Positions 40,167-50,156 of a stretch of DNA of 64,000 nucleotides are shown in pieces (the first letter of the stretch is position 1; every line of letters starts with the position of its first letter). The notes below the pieces were generated by a model. That model was not told where the DNA came from, did not search any database, and was given only the letters and a program-made list of their open reading frames with translations. The position numbers were made by a program, and so were the translations under genes. This DNA comes from a virus. The stretch spans positions 57,433 to 121,432 of IMG/VR virus record IMGVR_UViG_3300033984_000416. The stretch is one strand, 5' to 3'.

Positions 40167-43100
40167 TTAGAATTCCCATTCATCTTCTTTAGGTTCTTCT
40201 TTGTGTTGAAGTTCTTCTTTGTGTTGAAGTTCTCCTTCACGATACATCCCATTCATATCAGCAGTTTCGTCATATTCATCGACAACGTAACCTTCTGGTA
40301 TTTCAGCAACGGTATCATCAAATTCATCGTCAAACTTTATGACTTCATCGTCAGTATCTTCATCGCCTTCATCATCATCTTCCGATGTTGTTTTCTTTTT
40401 GACTTCTTTAGGTTGTTCAACAACTACTTTGCTAGCCTTCTCTTTTAATATTTCAGCTATGTTGTCTTGCTCGGTGATGCCAACATGGTCCTCAAGTTCC
40501 TCAAACTCCATAGTAATTGTATCACCAGTCATTACTCTACATTCCGCAACATAATCTAACCATTGGTCATATCTATTATCTTCATTTCCATTACCAGCCA
40601 TTTGATAGTATCTAAATCTTTCGTTGGCTTGGTCTTTGTATTTAAAAATCTCTAAGTATCTACATAATTCTACGTTCCACTTTCTAGAAACCAAATATAC
40701 CCCATCATTATCAGAATCTACGTCACACAAAACGAATATATCGATTGGAAGTTCACACTTTTTGTCTATATCGTTAAGGTCTTTAACCTCTAAGTGTCTA
40801 AAGATATCATCTAACATTTTTTTCTCATGTTCGATACTCTCTAACCTAGCGATACACATACGCTCGTGATAATCAGCTCTTAATTCGTCCCATTCAGCTT
40901 GCTCCATGTTATTTGGAAGCTTATTAACCTTATCCCAGAATTTAATCTCTTTATCTTCCATACGCATAAGGTCTTCATATGAATCTTGGTCACCATCTTT
41001 AAACGGAATACCAGAAACCAATTCACATTCACCTTTGGTAAAGATAACTCTTTCTTTTAACTTTTCAGTTACTTTCTTGGTGTCTTTATCTTTAATCTTA
41101 ACGATATCCAAAAGAATTCTATCTCTAATTTCTTGACTGAAACAAACCAATAATGGTCTAACTTTTTTGTTAAAGTTATCCAAATAACGAGCAACGTTAT
41201 ATTCATCAGTTGATAACGAATCATTTATTTCCTCAATTCTTTGACCAATGGTAGCAAAAGAATCCATATCCATTTCGTTGTTCTGTTCCATAGCTGCCAA
41301 AGCCTTCTTCAGCATTTCAACTTCTTTGATTAATTCAAAATCACGCTCTACAGTATCTGGTGAGATAGATTTACAATTAAGAGTTACAGTTGATATACCA
41401 GTTTCTTTGTTTCTTTCAGTTTTTAAATCACCATGAGATTTAGCACTACCAGTATTCACATAATAAAGAGTATCACCTAACGTAATATCAATATTATCTC
41501 TAAGTGCCAACTCCATGTGTGCTTGTTTAGGCATTGGATTACCAGCTTTGTTTTTCATTGTAGCTTTTTTCTTGTAATCAGTCATGGTAAGTTTAACTCT
41601 AGCTTTAGAGGCAATCTTAACCAATGGTATTTGATAATTATAGATTTTATCCACGTATTCATGATAATAGTTTATAAATGAATGACCATCACCATCCAAT
41701 AACATACGTATAGCTTTACCTAAAAAATCTTCAATATAAACTGACATCTTTTTAGACTTAACAGAGTTACCAACCAATTTAATCTTACCACCAATATCAT
41801 TGGCGTAATTTTTTCTAGCGAAATTGATTGTAGAGTTACAAATATCATCGATATCCAATCCCATACGACCTTCCATGTAGTTTTCGTTGAACTCTGCCAA
41901 TACCGCATCTAAACCAGAAAGTTCTTTATTGGCATCATCTGTAGTTTTCCAATGCGTACCTTTTGCTACGTATTTTATTTCATCTACATTATCTGGGAAC
42001 GAGAAGTTGAAACCATCGGTGTCACCCACAAGAGCACGGAACCCGTGAGTTTCAGTAAAGTGTTTTACCATCAGTCTTAAATACTGACGACCACGACATG
42101 TTGTTTCTTCAGCCGAATCGGTATCACCCCAATTAAAGATATATGGTGCACCATATGAACCAAACCATGAATTGGCAAGAATCTTAAGTGGCAACTGTTT
42201 TTTATCGTATAGATTAGCCATGGCTTTATGGTCATGAATCTCTTTAGTTAAAAGTTCTTTTTCTTCGACACTTAGTTCTTCTTCCTTTAAACGTTTTTCC
42301 AAAGCTTTTACAGTTTTCTTTTCTTTTCCGTTTAAGAATTTAAACTTATCACGTGTATCAACTACGTAGGTCAACATACCTTCCATTACACCGCTGATAT
42401 CTAAGTCTGGGAAGATATTATGGGTAAGTTGTGTTTTAGGGTAAAGAGCAGCGTAATCTAGCTTTACTACGTTTCTAGCATAACCCACTTCTAACAGACG
42501 AGAAAGTCCACCAGTAAATTCACGTTTAGCTTGTGTTTCTGGTATCGCTAATCCATTCTCATACGACCATGCAGCCATGATAAGTTTCCATTGACCAGCA
42601 GTACCCATTGTTGAGCTACGCATGAATGTTGTTGGAAGCATCTTTGCAATAAGGAAACTGGCTTGGTTGAAGATATTATCAATTTGTTCAGTTTCCCACA
42701 AGTCATCACAAAGATAACGTTGCACGATATAATCACCTTTTACAATCTTGTAATCAGTTTTTAATGGATTCTTTTCGGTAATCTTATACCAGTCACCATT
42801 TTTATCATTGAAAGCGAATTTGCTTACTTTGTCGGCCCAAGTTGTGTTGATTTTATCACCAGGAACATAAACTCGATTAGGTTTAGCGATTTCAGAGTAT
42901 TGAGTAATATACTTCAAACCCCATGATTTAATTTCAGAGTTAATCGCCATGGCTCTACGCACGGCATGTGAGATATCTATGATGTTATAACCATACATAT
43001 GCGTTTGCTCATAAACTTCAGTTTCACCACCTAATTTAAGCGATGCTGGTTTACGTTTAATCTTAGAAATTCTATTAAGAGTGATTGCCAATTCTGTGAT

Positions 43101-43880
43101 TGGAATTGAAAGTCTTTCGGCACGTTCAAATAAGAAAGGCCAGTCAAAATTCTCAGAGTTATAACCAGTAATAATATCTGGTTGAATCGCATCAATTACT
43201 TGGAAAAATTTAGCGATATTTTCTCTTTCTGAATTACGTTTTTCTTGACCATCTTTTCCTATGGTTTCGATAACACCTTCAAACCCTCTATTATCACGAA
43301 CACCGATTTGGAAGATAGCGTTCTTGCTAGCGAACAATCCTTCCGTCTCCAAGTCAAATTGAAATCTATGGACATCATCGTAGTCATCCATTCCTTTAAA
43401 CAAACGTTTACCTGTTTGGATAAGGTATTGTTCAGTTGGGCTGAACATAACAAAGTTTCTAGAATATTCCTTGCTAAAGATATCAACACCACCAAATTTA
43501 AAGAATGTTATTAAATCTTTATAAGCATTTTTACATGTAGCTAAATACTTATAACCATTTTCCATTCTTAAGGGTATGTCACCGTTAGCATCGTTTGTTC
43601 TAAGTCTAGTAATCTTGACACCATGTCTAGTACACGCCTCGATTGTTTTCATACGTTTACCACCATAAAGAATCTTCGTGATATCTTCTTTAAACCACAA
43701 GAATGGTTTAAACTTATCTTCGACTAGTGTTTTTGTGTTTGTTTCCCTATCGTTAATGACAAGTGTCACGCTAGGCTTATCATAGCTGGGTTCAACTGCT
43801 ACGATATATTTTTGAGGGTTATTTCCTTGAAGAAATGATTCGATTACTTCCGTATCGACTTTTGTTTTTTGTTGACTCAT
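40167..43880 (-). CDS. DNA polymerase, family B, with 3'-5' exonuclease and acidic C-terminal tail
   Basis: Exo FDLETEG, YNSENFDWPF, YLCDDL; pol LDYAALYP, KKQLPLKILANSWFG, VGDTDG; start at ATG 43880 (MSQQK) because TACCTTTG lies at 43897-43904. Confidence 0.95.
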   Translation of the reverse strand: MSQQKTKVDTEVIESFLQGNNPQKYIVAVEPSYDKPSVTLVINDRETNTKTLVEDKFKPFLWFKEDITKILYGGKRMKTIEACTRHGVKITRLRTNDANGDIPLRMENGYKYLATCKNAYKDLITFFKFGGVDIFSKEYSRNFVMFSPTEQYLIQTGKRLFKGMDDYDDVHRFQFDLETEGLFASKNAIFQIGVRDNRGFEGVIETIGKDGQEKRNSERENIAKFFQVIDAIQPDIITGYNSENFDWPFLFERAERLSIPITELAITLNRISKIKRKPASLKLGGETEVYEQTHMYGYNIIDISHAVRRAMAINSEIKSWGLKYITQYSEIAKPNRVYVPGDKINTTWADKVSKFAFNDKNGDWYKITEKNPLKTDYKIVKGDYIVQRYLCDDLWETEQIDNIFNQASFLIAKMLPTTFMRSSTMGTAGQWKLIMAAWSYENGLAIPETQAKREFTGGLSRLLEVGYARNVVKLDYAALYPKTQLTHNIFPDLDISGVMEGMLTYVVDTRDKFKFLNGKEKKTVKALEKRLKEEELSVEEKELLTKEIHDHKAMANLYDKKQLPLKILANSWFGSYGAPYIFNWGDTDSAEETTCRGRQYLRLMVKHFTETHGFRALVGDTDGFNFSFPDNVDEIKYVAKGTHWKTTDDANKELSGLDAVLAEFNENYMEGRMGLDIDDICNSTINFARKNYANDIGGKIKLVGNSVKSKKMSVYIEDFLGKAIRMLLDGDGHSFINYYHEYVDKIYNYQIPLVKIASKARVKLTMTDYKKKATMKNKAGNPMPKQAHMELALRDNIDITLGDTLYYVNTGSAKSHGDLKTERNKETGISTVTLNCKSISPDTVERDFELIKEVEMLKKALAAMEQNNEMDMDSFATIGQRIEEINDSLSTDEYNVARYLDNFNKKVRPLLVCFSQEIRDRILLDIVKIKDKDTKKVTEKLKERVIFTKGECELVSGIPFKDGDQDSYEDLMRMEDKEIKFWDKVNKLPNNMEQAEWDELRADYHERMCIARLESIEHEKKMLDDIFRHLEVKDLNDIDKKCELPIDIFVLCDVDSDNDGVYLVSRKWNVELCRYLEIFKYKDQANERFRYYQMAGNGNEDNRYDQWLDYVAECRVMTGDTITMEFEELEDHVGITEQDNIAEILKEKASKVVVEQPKEVKKKTTSEDDDEGDEDTDDEVIKFDDEFDDTVAEIPEGYVVDEYDETADMNGMYREGELQHKEELQHKEEPKEDEWEF

Positions 43881-43896
43881 AGTTATATCTTTTTTA

Positions 43897-43904
43897 CAAA
43901 GGTA
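43897..43904 (-). promoter_or_regulatory. Bacteroidota-type -7 element TACCTTTG upstream of the polymerase
   Basis: Reverse complement of caaaggta. Confidence 0.6.
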
Positions 43905-44004
43905 CGACACAAAATCAGTTTATACAAGTAAAAATCAATAAATATTTTTAACTTTGTACATTACAAAGTTACGAAATAAGATTCAGTAATGCAACTAAAG
44001 GTGG

Positions 44005-44379
44005 TTATTTTTTAATACTACCGTCTAAAACATTAACGAAAAGTTCTTCTCTTATAGGAACAATAAGGGTTCCAGACCCATCCAAAAAATTAATTTCAAA
44101 TTGAGCAGCATATCTAGCAGCAGTATTTGTTTCTTTTCCCGTAAATTGGTAAACTAGGTAAAATTCTTCACCGACACAATCACTAGCTGGTTCCACTTGT
44201 TGAATACCAGCTGATTTTTTAGCTATTTTTTTAACACCTGTAATCACATCAGTCATAGTGAAGGTTATGCTGGCATTTTGAATTTTATCGTGGAATTTAT
44301 GAAAATCATTTCTCCCATCTTTGATAAGTTCCAATTTTAGAACTGGAAGTGTTGAATTTTTATTTATGTGAAATTCCAT
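44005..44379 (-). CDS. BppU-N-like fibre/baseplate attachment protein (124 aa)
   Basis: FHINKNSTLPVLKLEL...ITFTM...KKIAKK...VYQF...TNTAARYAAQFEINFLDG pattern. Confidence 0.55.
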   Translation of the reverse strand: MEFHINKNSTLPVLKLELIKDGRNDFHKFHDKIQNASITFTMTDVITGVKKIAKKSAGIQQVEPASDCVGEEFYLVYQFTGKETNTAARYAAQFEINFLDGSGTLIVPIREELFVNVLDGSIKK

Positions 44380-44410
44380 ATATTGTTTATTGTTTTAAAT
44401 TATTTATTAA

Positions 44411-46906
44411 TTATAGTCTTACACCTTCTATAGCAAAGGTTGTTTGATTATAATATAAATATGTATTATTAACACTAGCACCGTTAAGAACGGTAATAGC
44501 AGTTGTTGCGGCACTCCTATCAACATAAGATGGTAGAGAACCATTTGAGAATATTGTTTGTCCATTCAAAGCATTATTAATACCAGCATTAGCACCAAAA
44601 GCATTAACAGTATTACCAGAAGAATTTAAACCAGCGTTAGTACCTATAAAGTTTGAACTATAAGCGTTTGTTGCACCATTACCAGCACCTTGCCCAATAA
44701 AGTTTGAATTATAAGCTCCTGTTGCATATCGCCCAGCTTGATAACCAATAAAGTTTGAAAAAGTTGCACCAGTAGCACCATTACCAGCATAAGAACCCAT
44801 AAAGTTTGCGTTAGTAGCGTTGGTTGCTAGAAAACCAGCACCAGTCCCAATAAAGTTTGAATTACTAGCACCTGTTGCAGCATTACCAGCATTAGCACCC
44901 ATGAAGTTTGAGTTATTAGCAGCAGTTGCACCATAACCAGCATTAGGACCAATAAAGTTTGATTGAGAAGCATTAATAGCTTCACGACCAGCATTTTGAC
45001 CTATGAAATTTGAGTTATTTGCACCACTTGCAGTAAAACCAGCTTGTTGACCAAAAAAGTTTGAGTTAGTAGCAACAGTTGCACCTTGACCAGCAGCTTG
45101 ACCTATAAAGTTTGATTGACTAGCATTGGTTGCTTGATACCCAGCATTATAACCCAAAAAGTTTGAATATACAGAATTGGTTGCACTCCAACCAGCACTA
45201 TAACCTAAGAAATTTGAATACTGAGCATCCGTTGCTTGATAACCAGCTTGAAGACCTATAAAGTTTGAATTGCTAGCACCAGACGCACTATTACCAGCAC
45301 CATTACCAATAAAGTTTGATTGACTTGCGTTTGTTGATTGATAACCAGCACCATTACCTATAAAGTTTGAATTTAGTGCAGAACTTGCCTCTCGACCAGC
45401 ACTACTACCTATAAAGTTTGAATTGCTAGCACCAGACGCACTATAACCAGCACCATTACCAATAAAGTTTGAAACATAAGCATTAGTCGCACCATTACCA
45501 GCATAAGCTCCAAAAAAGTTTGAGTTATTAGCATTTGTAGCATTATAACCAGCATAAGAACCCATAAAGTTTGAATTATTAGCGGTTGGTGCATTATACC
45601 CAGCATTATAACCCAAGAAGTTTGATTGGTAAGCAGAACTTGAATATTCACCAGCATCAGCACCCAAAAAGTTTGAATTATTAGCAGAACTTGCACCCCA
45701 ACCAGCACTGGTACCCATAAAGTTTGAATTATAAGCGTTGTTTGCGTATCGTCCAGCAGCTGGACCAATAAAGTTTGATTGGAAAGCATTATACGCACCA
45801 GTACCAGCAAAATTACCCATAAAATTTGAGTTACTAGCACTAGTAGCACCCCAACCAGATTCTTGACCCATAAAGTTTGAATGGTAAGCGTTGGCTGCAT
45901 TATTACCAGCATTATTTCCCAAAAAGTTTGAGTTATACGCACTGGTCGCTCCATTACCAGCACCATTACCTATAAAGTTTGATTGGAAAGCATTGGTTGC
46001 GGATAACCCAGCGGCTCCACCAAAAAAGTTTGAATCGTAAGCACCAGTTGCACCATACCCAGCCATACTACCAATAAAGTTCGACTGATTAACACCTGTC
46101 GCACCATACCCAGCATAATAACCCATAAAATTTGAATAAATAGCATTGGTTGCTTGAAAACCAGCTAGGTAACCAAAAAAGTTTGATGCTATAGCGTTAG
46201 CCGCTTGATAACCAGCTTGTTGACCAATAAAGTTTGCGTTAGCAGCACCACTTGCACCCCAACCAGTATTGGTACCCAAAAAGTTTGAATTATTAGCTCC
46301 AGTTGCTATATAACCAGCTTGAAAACCCATAAAGTTTGAGTTGTTTGCAGCATTTGCGTTAGAACCAGCATTGGTACCCAAAAAGTTTGAATACGTAGCG
46401 TTTGGTGCGTTATAACCAGCGTTAGAACCCATAAAGTTTGAATGACTCGCATTTATCGCACCTTGACCAGCATTCCAACCCATAAAGTTTGATGAAAAAG
46501 AATTGGTCGCTTCTCTACCAGCACTTGACCCCATGAAGTTTGAATTATTAGCGTTGGTTGCTAGTAGACCAGCAGCACTACCAAAAACAAACATTTCACT
46601 CGACAATGCTTGTGCTGCATCACCCAAAGCAATTGAACCAGTACCAGTTGCTATAGGTGTTGTAGTTGGCGGTGTTGCATTTTCAGCATACCAATATAAT
46701 TGACCACCAGTTGAACCCGTATAAAACCCAGATACGCTAAACGTACCACCAGTCGAATTTAAGAATGTTGCGATACCAGTGATATCATTGTATGAACCAC
46801 TTTTAACATATATGTCAGTTGGTAAATAAACCCTTTCAATTTTTTTAATGTTGTTTAAGGATACATAACCGTTAGCTTTGTCTTTGTTTAATTTACTTTC
46901 GAACAT
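44411..46906 (-). CDS. Long repetitive fibre (831 aa) with roughly 45-50 tandem 14-aa xSNFxGxxAGxxAx repeats (beta-roll, YadA-head-like)
   Basis: 42-bp degenerate DNA period (aaagtttga recurring); shares the WYAENA module with 29870-31492. Confidence 0.75.
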   Translation of the reverse strand: MFESKLNKDKANGYVSLNNIKKIERVYLPTDIYVKSGSYNDITGIATFLNSTGGTFSVSGFYTGSTGGQLYWYAENATPPTTTPIATGTGSIALGDAAQALSSEMFVFGSAAGLLATNANNSNFMGSSAGREATNSFSSNFMGWNAGQGAINASHSNFMGSNAGYNAPNATYSNFLGTNAGSNANAANNSNFMGFQAGYIATGANNSNFLGTNTGWGASGAANANFIGQQAGYQAANAIASNFFGYLAGFQATNAIYSNFMGYYAGYGATGVNQSNFIGSMAGYGATGAYDSNFFGGAAGLSATNAFQSNFIGNGAGNGATSAYNSNFLGNNAGNNAANAYHSNFMGQESGWGATSASNSNFMGNFAGTGAYNAFQSNFIGPAAGRYANNAYNSNFMGTSAGWGASSANNSNFLGADAGEYSSSAYQSNFLGYNAGYNAPTANNSNFMGSYAGYNATNANNSNFFGAYAGNGATNAYVSNFIGNGAGYSASGASNSNFIGSSAGREASSALNSNFIGNGAGYQSTNASQSNFIGNGAGNSASGASNSNFIGLQAGYQATDAQYSNFLGYSAGWSATNSVYSNFLGYNAGYQATNASQSNFIGQAAGQGATVATNSNFFGQQAGFTASGANNSNFIGQNAGREAINASQSNFIGPNAGYGATAANNSNFMGANAGNAATGASNSNFIGTGAGFLATNATNANFMGSYAGNGATGATFSNFIGYQAGRYATGAYNSNFIGQGAGNGATNAYSSNFIGTNAGLNSSGNTVNAFGANAGINNALNGQTIFSNGSLPSYVDRSAATTAITVLNGASVNNTYLYYNQTTFAIEGVRL

Positions 46907-46942
46907 AGTTTATATTTTTAGATTCAAATCTTTTTATTAGTT

Positions 46943-47066
46943 TAAATGCCGCCTTTGACAGCGGCATCTAAATTTTTACTACCCTTTCGGGTGGTAATGA
47001 GTCCAATCGTAAGACCACCATCGGCAGCCACCATACGAACCCCATCGGGGTTCCAAACAAGGTCTC
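46943..47066 (-). other. GC-rich multi-hairpin intergenic element (putative cis-regulatory RNA)
   Basis: Hairpins ATGCCGC/GCGGCAT (46946-46967), TTACTACCC/GGGTGGTAA (46976-46997; GAAA loop on minus), GAACCCC/GGGGTTC (47037-47053) nested in AGACC/GGTCT. Confidence 0.55.
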
Positions 47067-47078
47067 AATATTTTTACG

Positions 47079-47795
47079 TTATACGTATTTATAATTTAAT
47101 TGTGGTAGATAACCACCTGGTGTACCTTGAAATTCCCACATTAGTTGTATTTTAGCCAACGGCTTTGTATACACCCAACCATTAGCATCACTACCAATTT
47201 TTAATTTGAATCTTAAATAAACATTAGAACGTCTATTTTGATAACCCCTACCTAATCCTTTAGATAAAATAACACCACCTTCTTGACCCACACCTTGACC
47301 TTTACCAATAGGGTTGTAACTTATAGTAAAATATTGTTCTTGGGCAAAATAAAAATCATTGGTTGTTGCTGCTGTTAATCTAATTTCAGACGGTCTATCT
47401 GGAAAAAATTCATTTGGGTGAGTTTCATGTTTCCATTGAGCTTCACGAATTATATTTTCATCAAGCAAGTTTGTTTTAATTCTTTTCCCTTTGTATCTTT
47501 CAATATATAACCATACTTCATCACCAGTTGTACCAGTTAGAATATCGTTTATGTTAGTATTGATATCAAGTAGTCTAACTCTTTCACTGTTAACACCAAT
47601 TGTTTCACCAGAACCCCACCCTAATTCCATTTGTAGGTTATCTAAAGCACTACCACCACCACATTGTGGCACTACGTGACCCTCATTATCTTTTAACGTA
47701 ATACACCCATTGCTTATGAATAAGTTCATTGAACCGTTAGCACTTGCATTTGGGATATCACCTTCTGGTTGTTGTTGTAATTGTATATATTGCAT
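47079..47795 (-). CDS. Hypothetical protein (238 aa) in the fibre cluster
   Basis: ORF track; co-oriented and tightly packed. Confidence 0.7.
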   Translation of the reverse strand: MQYIQLQQQPEGDIPNASANGSMNLFISNGCITLKDNEGHVVPQCGGGSALDNLQMELGWGSGETIGVNSERVRLLDINTNINDILTGTTGDEVWLYIERYKGKRIKTNLLDENIIREAQWKHETHPNEFFPDRPSEIRLTAATTNDFYFAQEQYFTISYNPIGKGQGVGQEGGVILSKGLGRGYQNRRSNVYLRFKLKIGSDANGWVYTKPLAKIQLMWEFQGTPGGYLPQLNYKYV

Positions 47796-47800
47796 ATTTT

Positions 47801-48277
47801 TTAAATTAAAATTCCTGTTCCTGTTATTGTTGAGTTTCCAGATAAAATAACACCGCCAGCGACATTGATTAAACCATCATTAACGATATTGCTATCTACT
47901 AACAATAAATATCCACCAATAAAGATTTGTGCGTATTTATTGAAAATTAAATTTCCAATTGTTATACTATCATTATCTGAAAGCAAATATAATTGTGAAT
48001 TTCTTAATACATAGTCACCAGAAATAACAACTGTCTCTGTACTACCAACTGTTTTACTAGTACCTTCCAACCAATGTGTAACATTAGATACAGGAAATGA
48101 AATATTATGACCATTGTATTTTTTTAGTATAACTTGGTCATTTTGGGTTTCACCAGTATATATGACTTCACCTTTTAAACTAACGAAATTCTCATCAAGT
48201 TCACCTTGACTCAATACACTCCCTTTGTTTACGTCCCCATATGGGCTATTGGTTGTTCTAAGAATTAAATTATTCAT
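47801..48277 (-). CDS. Short fibre-associated protein (158 aa)
   Basis: N-terminal LRTT...KGSVLSQGELDENFVSL motif seen at starts of phage fibres. Confidence 0.6.
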   Translation of the reverse strand: MNNLILRTTNSPYGDVNKGSVLSQGELDENFVSLKGEVIYTGETQNDQVILKKYNGHNISFPVSNVTHWLEGTSKTVGSTETVVISGDYVLRNSQLYLLSDNDSITIGNLIFNKYAQIFIGGYLLLVDSNIVNDGLINVAGGVILSGNSTITGTGILI

Positions 48278-48295
48278 ATTTTAAATTATTTTATT

Positions 48296-50155
48296 TTAAT
48301 TATGTGTTACATCGCAACCTCTTGCGATTAAAATTGCTTTAGCTGCTAAACCTGTAGCTGATGGTACAGCTGAAGTACCTTTTATTGTTACTATTCTATT
48401 ATTAAATGATGTTGTACCATTTGTCCCATCTAACGCTGCTAATCTAACCAATAACCCATCTACAGATGTTTGACCTAATACGGCACTTGTTATAATTACA
48501 TTTCCAGATGTAAAACCTACTTGTTTTAATGATGGACTTAACCTAAATGTTGTTAATGTTGGTGTTCCAGAAGTAAATGAAATTAAACTACCAGATGTAC
48601 TACTTACCCCTATTCTTTCGATAGCGTCTAGGTAAATCTGTTCAATAACAACCATACTACTTGGCGAAACACTACCACCAATAGTTTTAAGTGATGGAAA
48701 CGTCATAATATAAATACCATCCATTTTACTAAAACTCAAATTTCCACCTACAGAAACTAAAGATGGTACACTTAAAGAGGTCAAACCATTCATGGTATTA
48801 GCAGCAAAATTACCACCAACAGTTGTTAAAGATGACATGGACATAGATTGTAATGCTACCATAGCTGTTGGGGCAAAATCACCACCAACACTTAATAAAG
48901 ATGGTAAATTAAGTAATGTTATCCCATCCATAGCACTAGGGTTAAAATTCCCACCTACTAATTTTAAAGCTGGAAAACTCATACCAGTTAAAGCATTCAT
49001 ACCACTAGGACCAAAATTACCGCCAACACTTATTAAACTAGGTAATGACATACTAACCAGACCACTCATTGTATTTGGTATAAAACCACCACCAATAGTT
49101 TCTAAACTAGCAAAAGTCATAGCCGCCAAAGCACTCATTGTGTTAGCCGCAAATGAATTTGTTATAGTTTTCAAAGAAGGAACTACCATAGCAGTTAACC
49201 CAGCCATAAAACTTGGTGAAAATTCACCAGCAGTTGTTAACGCTGGTATATTCATAGCAGTTACAGCCGCTAAATTATTAGGACTGTAACTACCAGTTAC
49301 AGTTTTTAAATTTGGAAAAATCATTGTTACATAACCAGCTAAATTATTAGGACTAAAGTTGCCCTCAACATTTACAAGGATAGGTACATTTATAGTCGTT
49401 AATAAAATTAATGTACTTGGTGAAAATGAACCCAATACTGTAATTAAAGCTGGAAAATTAACACCTGTTAAACCAGTTAAACTATTTGGAGTAAATGAAC
49501 CCATAATACCTTGAATATCAGTAAAGGTTATTGTTTGTAAATTTGGGTTATCTGATGGTAAAACTATTGTTGATACCCATTTTCCAGAATAATCTGGTAT
49601 ATAACCACTTGCCAAAGCTGGTGGTGGTGCTGTTATAACACCAAATGGTGGGGTTGTTAACGTTCCAGTATAAACATAATTAATAATCCCTAATTCACCA
49701 CTTAATGAACTACCTAAAGCATACCAATTAGCACCATTATAACAATCTAACCAATGGTAATCATTATTATAAATCACCAAACCCTCAACAGGATTAACTA
49801 CCGATGTTCTTTGTAAAGTAGTTAATCTTGGTGGTAAAAAACCTTGCGTAGTAGAGTCAATTTGTAATTTAGCTGAAGTTACAGGTATTATTGTTCCAAT
49901 ACCTAAACTAATAGAATTATCATACATCTGACTATCACCAATTATATCAACATCTATAAATTTTGATATAAAATTAGTACTACCAGAAAAAGTTACTACA
50001 CCACCAAATTTAATCCAAACGCCATTAGTTTTATGGTAGTATTGATTTCCAGTACTTTGGTCATTCCAAAATTGTCCAATAAAATAACCATTAGCTATGT
50101 TATTTAGATTAGTAGGTGGGTGATTTTCGTAATAGGTTATTGTTTTCTTTATCAT
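48296..50155 (-). CDS. Receptor-L-domain / LRR-like solenoid protein (619 aa)
   Basis: ~25-aa repeats xFPxLxxVGGxFxPxxMxxLxx; QGFLPPRLTTLQRTSVVNPVEGLVIYN motif typical of Bacteroidota surface proteins. Confidence 0.7.
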   Translation of the reverse strand: MIKKTITYYENHPPTNLNNIANGYFIGQFWNDQSTGNQYYHKTNGVWIKFGGVVTFSGSTNFISKFIDVDIIGDSQMYDNSISLGIGTIIPVTSAKLQIDSTTQGFLPPRLTTLQRTSVVNPVEGLVIYNNDYHWLDCYNGANWYALGSSLSGELGIINYVYTGTLTTPPFGVITAPPPALASGYIPDYSGKWVSTIVLPSDNPNLQTITFTDIQGIMGSFTPNSLTGLTGVNFPALITVLGSFSPSTLILLTTINVPILVNVEGNFSPNNLAGYVTMIFPNLKTVTGSYSPNNLAAVTAMNIPALTTAGEFSPSFMAGLTAMVVPSLKTITNSFAANTMSALAAMTFASLETIGGGFIPNTMSGLVSMSLPSLISVGGNFGPSGMNALTGMSFPALKLVGGNFNPSAMDGITLLNLPSLLSVGGDFAPTAMVALQSMSMSSLTTVGGNFAANTMNGLTSLSVPSLVSVGGNLSFSKMDGIYIMTFPSLKTIGGSVSPSSMVVIEQIYLDAIERIGVSSTSGSLISFTSGTPTLTTFRLSPSLKQVGFTSGNVIITSAVLGQTSVDGLLVRLAALDGTNGTTSFNNRIVTIKGTSAVPSATGLAAKAILIARGCDVTHN

Positions 50156-50156
50156 T

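Noticed and set aside
36513-43880. Inteins in the helicase or polymerase
   Set aside because: Catalytic motifs are contiguous; no Cys/Ser...His-Asn intein ends or LAGLIDADG blocks seen
44500-46600. 42-bp periodic repeats resembling a CRISPR array
   Set aside because: They are degenerate, in frame within an 831-aa ORF and have no unique spacers; same for 55800-58200 and 30600-31050
46995-47016. Hammerhead ribozyme (aatgagtcc resembles ctgatgagtcc)
   Set aside because: Lacks the CUGA core start and the GGAC-GAAA partner; a fluoride-riboswitch resemblance (cgatggggttcg) also lacks its pairing partner
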